Of a stretch of 64,000 nt of DNA, positions 63,345 through 64,000 are shown piece after piece. This DNA is from Leucoraja ocellata (taxonomy: Eukaryota). Under the pieces are notes generated by a model, which worked only from the letters and a program-made list of their open reading frames with translations, ran no database searches and was not told the origin of the DNA. The stretch's first letter is position 1. The number at the start of each line of letters is the position of its first letter. Location of the stretch: positions 62,001 to 126,000 of the forward strand of contig JAWMAR010001748.1 in assembly GCA_036785375.1 (NCBI GenBank), written 5' to 3'. A program made the translations under genes and the position numbers.

Positions 63345-64000
63345 TAGGATCATGACTAGACACGAACAATAACGATTGCAGCAAGGTAGGCCATTAGGCC
63401 CTTAAAACTGGTTCAGCCTTCAACCCATTCATTGCTGATCGTCATGTGTCCGATTCTTCAAAATATTATTAGATCCCTCCAACTCCAAGAACTGCATCTA
63501 GCAGATTTGTGAATGGATGTAATGAGTATTAATCATTTACACTTCTCACTTCCAGTCCAGAGTGGCTTTGAGTCCAAACTGTCAGAGAGCACAATTAAAT
63601 GATGAATCCTAAAGACCCATTGGTTAACCAATTGCGTCGCCAGTTGTGGGTATGAGACACGTGTTGCTGGGCAGATCTTGGAGTTGTTAGTTTGCAGTCA
63701 GCAGCTCTGTGCTTCGGGCTGGAACCAGTACATTAATTTCTCTAAATAATCCACAGGTGCTTCCGTTCTCCTCCTGCTCTTTGCTAAGGGTGGAGTGTTG
63801 GACTCCAGCCACATCATATGTGGGGGAAAGGTGAAATCAAATGGAATCAGAATAAATATGAAATGCCATTCATTTTTTAAAATTCAGCCTGAACAGTGAG
63901 TTGTGAGGCTAATAACATTGTGAGACACAGATGTGCCAGGGAAAACGTAACATTTTGGACTATCATTCATGATCAAGTTTATAATAACATATTTTATTGT

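Overview
Vertebrate genomic DNA from a cartilaginous fish (elasmobranch; skate/ray-like by inference). The core is one complete, germline-unrearranged IgM heavy-chain cluster on the minus strand (45784->30661): leader, VH-(23RSS), (12)D1(22), (12)D2(12), (23)JH, CH1-CH4 with secretory tail, TM1 and TM2. All exons are open and all splice junctions are GT-AG in compatible phase. Most of the rest is nested transposable elements: CR1 LINEs (one full-length, 25546-30149), Rex1/Babar-type LINEs, Penelope-like fragments with hammerhead-like cores, three DIRS-type tyrosine-recombinase retrotransposon remnants, SINEs, and non-autonomous DNA transposons (hAT, Harbinger-like, and one P-like by termini). 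There are also mini/microsatellites and six N gaps. Best leads: (i) an old inverted repeat in the JH-CH1 intron whose two arms both keep a perfect octamer plus a CRE half-site (candidate intronic enhancer, while the VH promoter has no octamer); (ii) a 95-bp Penelope palindrome with hammerhead cores about 400 bp downstream of JH; (iii) a P-like element; (iv) VH Trp41->Leu and non-consensus RSS nonamers; (v) a CR1 insertion that may have displaced the membrane-form poly(A) site; (vi) an in-frame double-RT chimeric ORF. Repeat family names come from motif recognition, not database searches.
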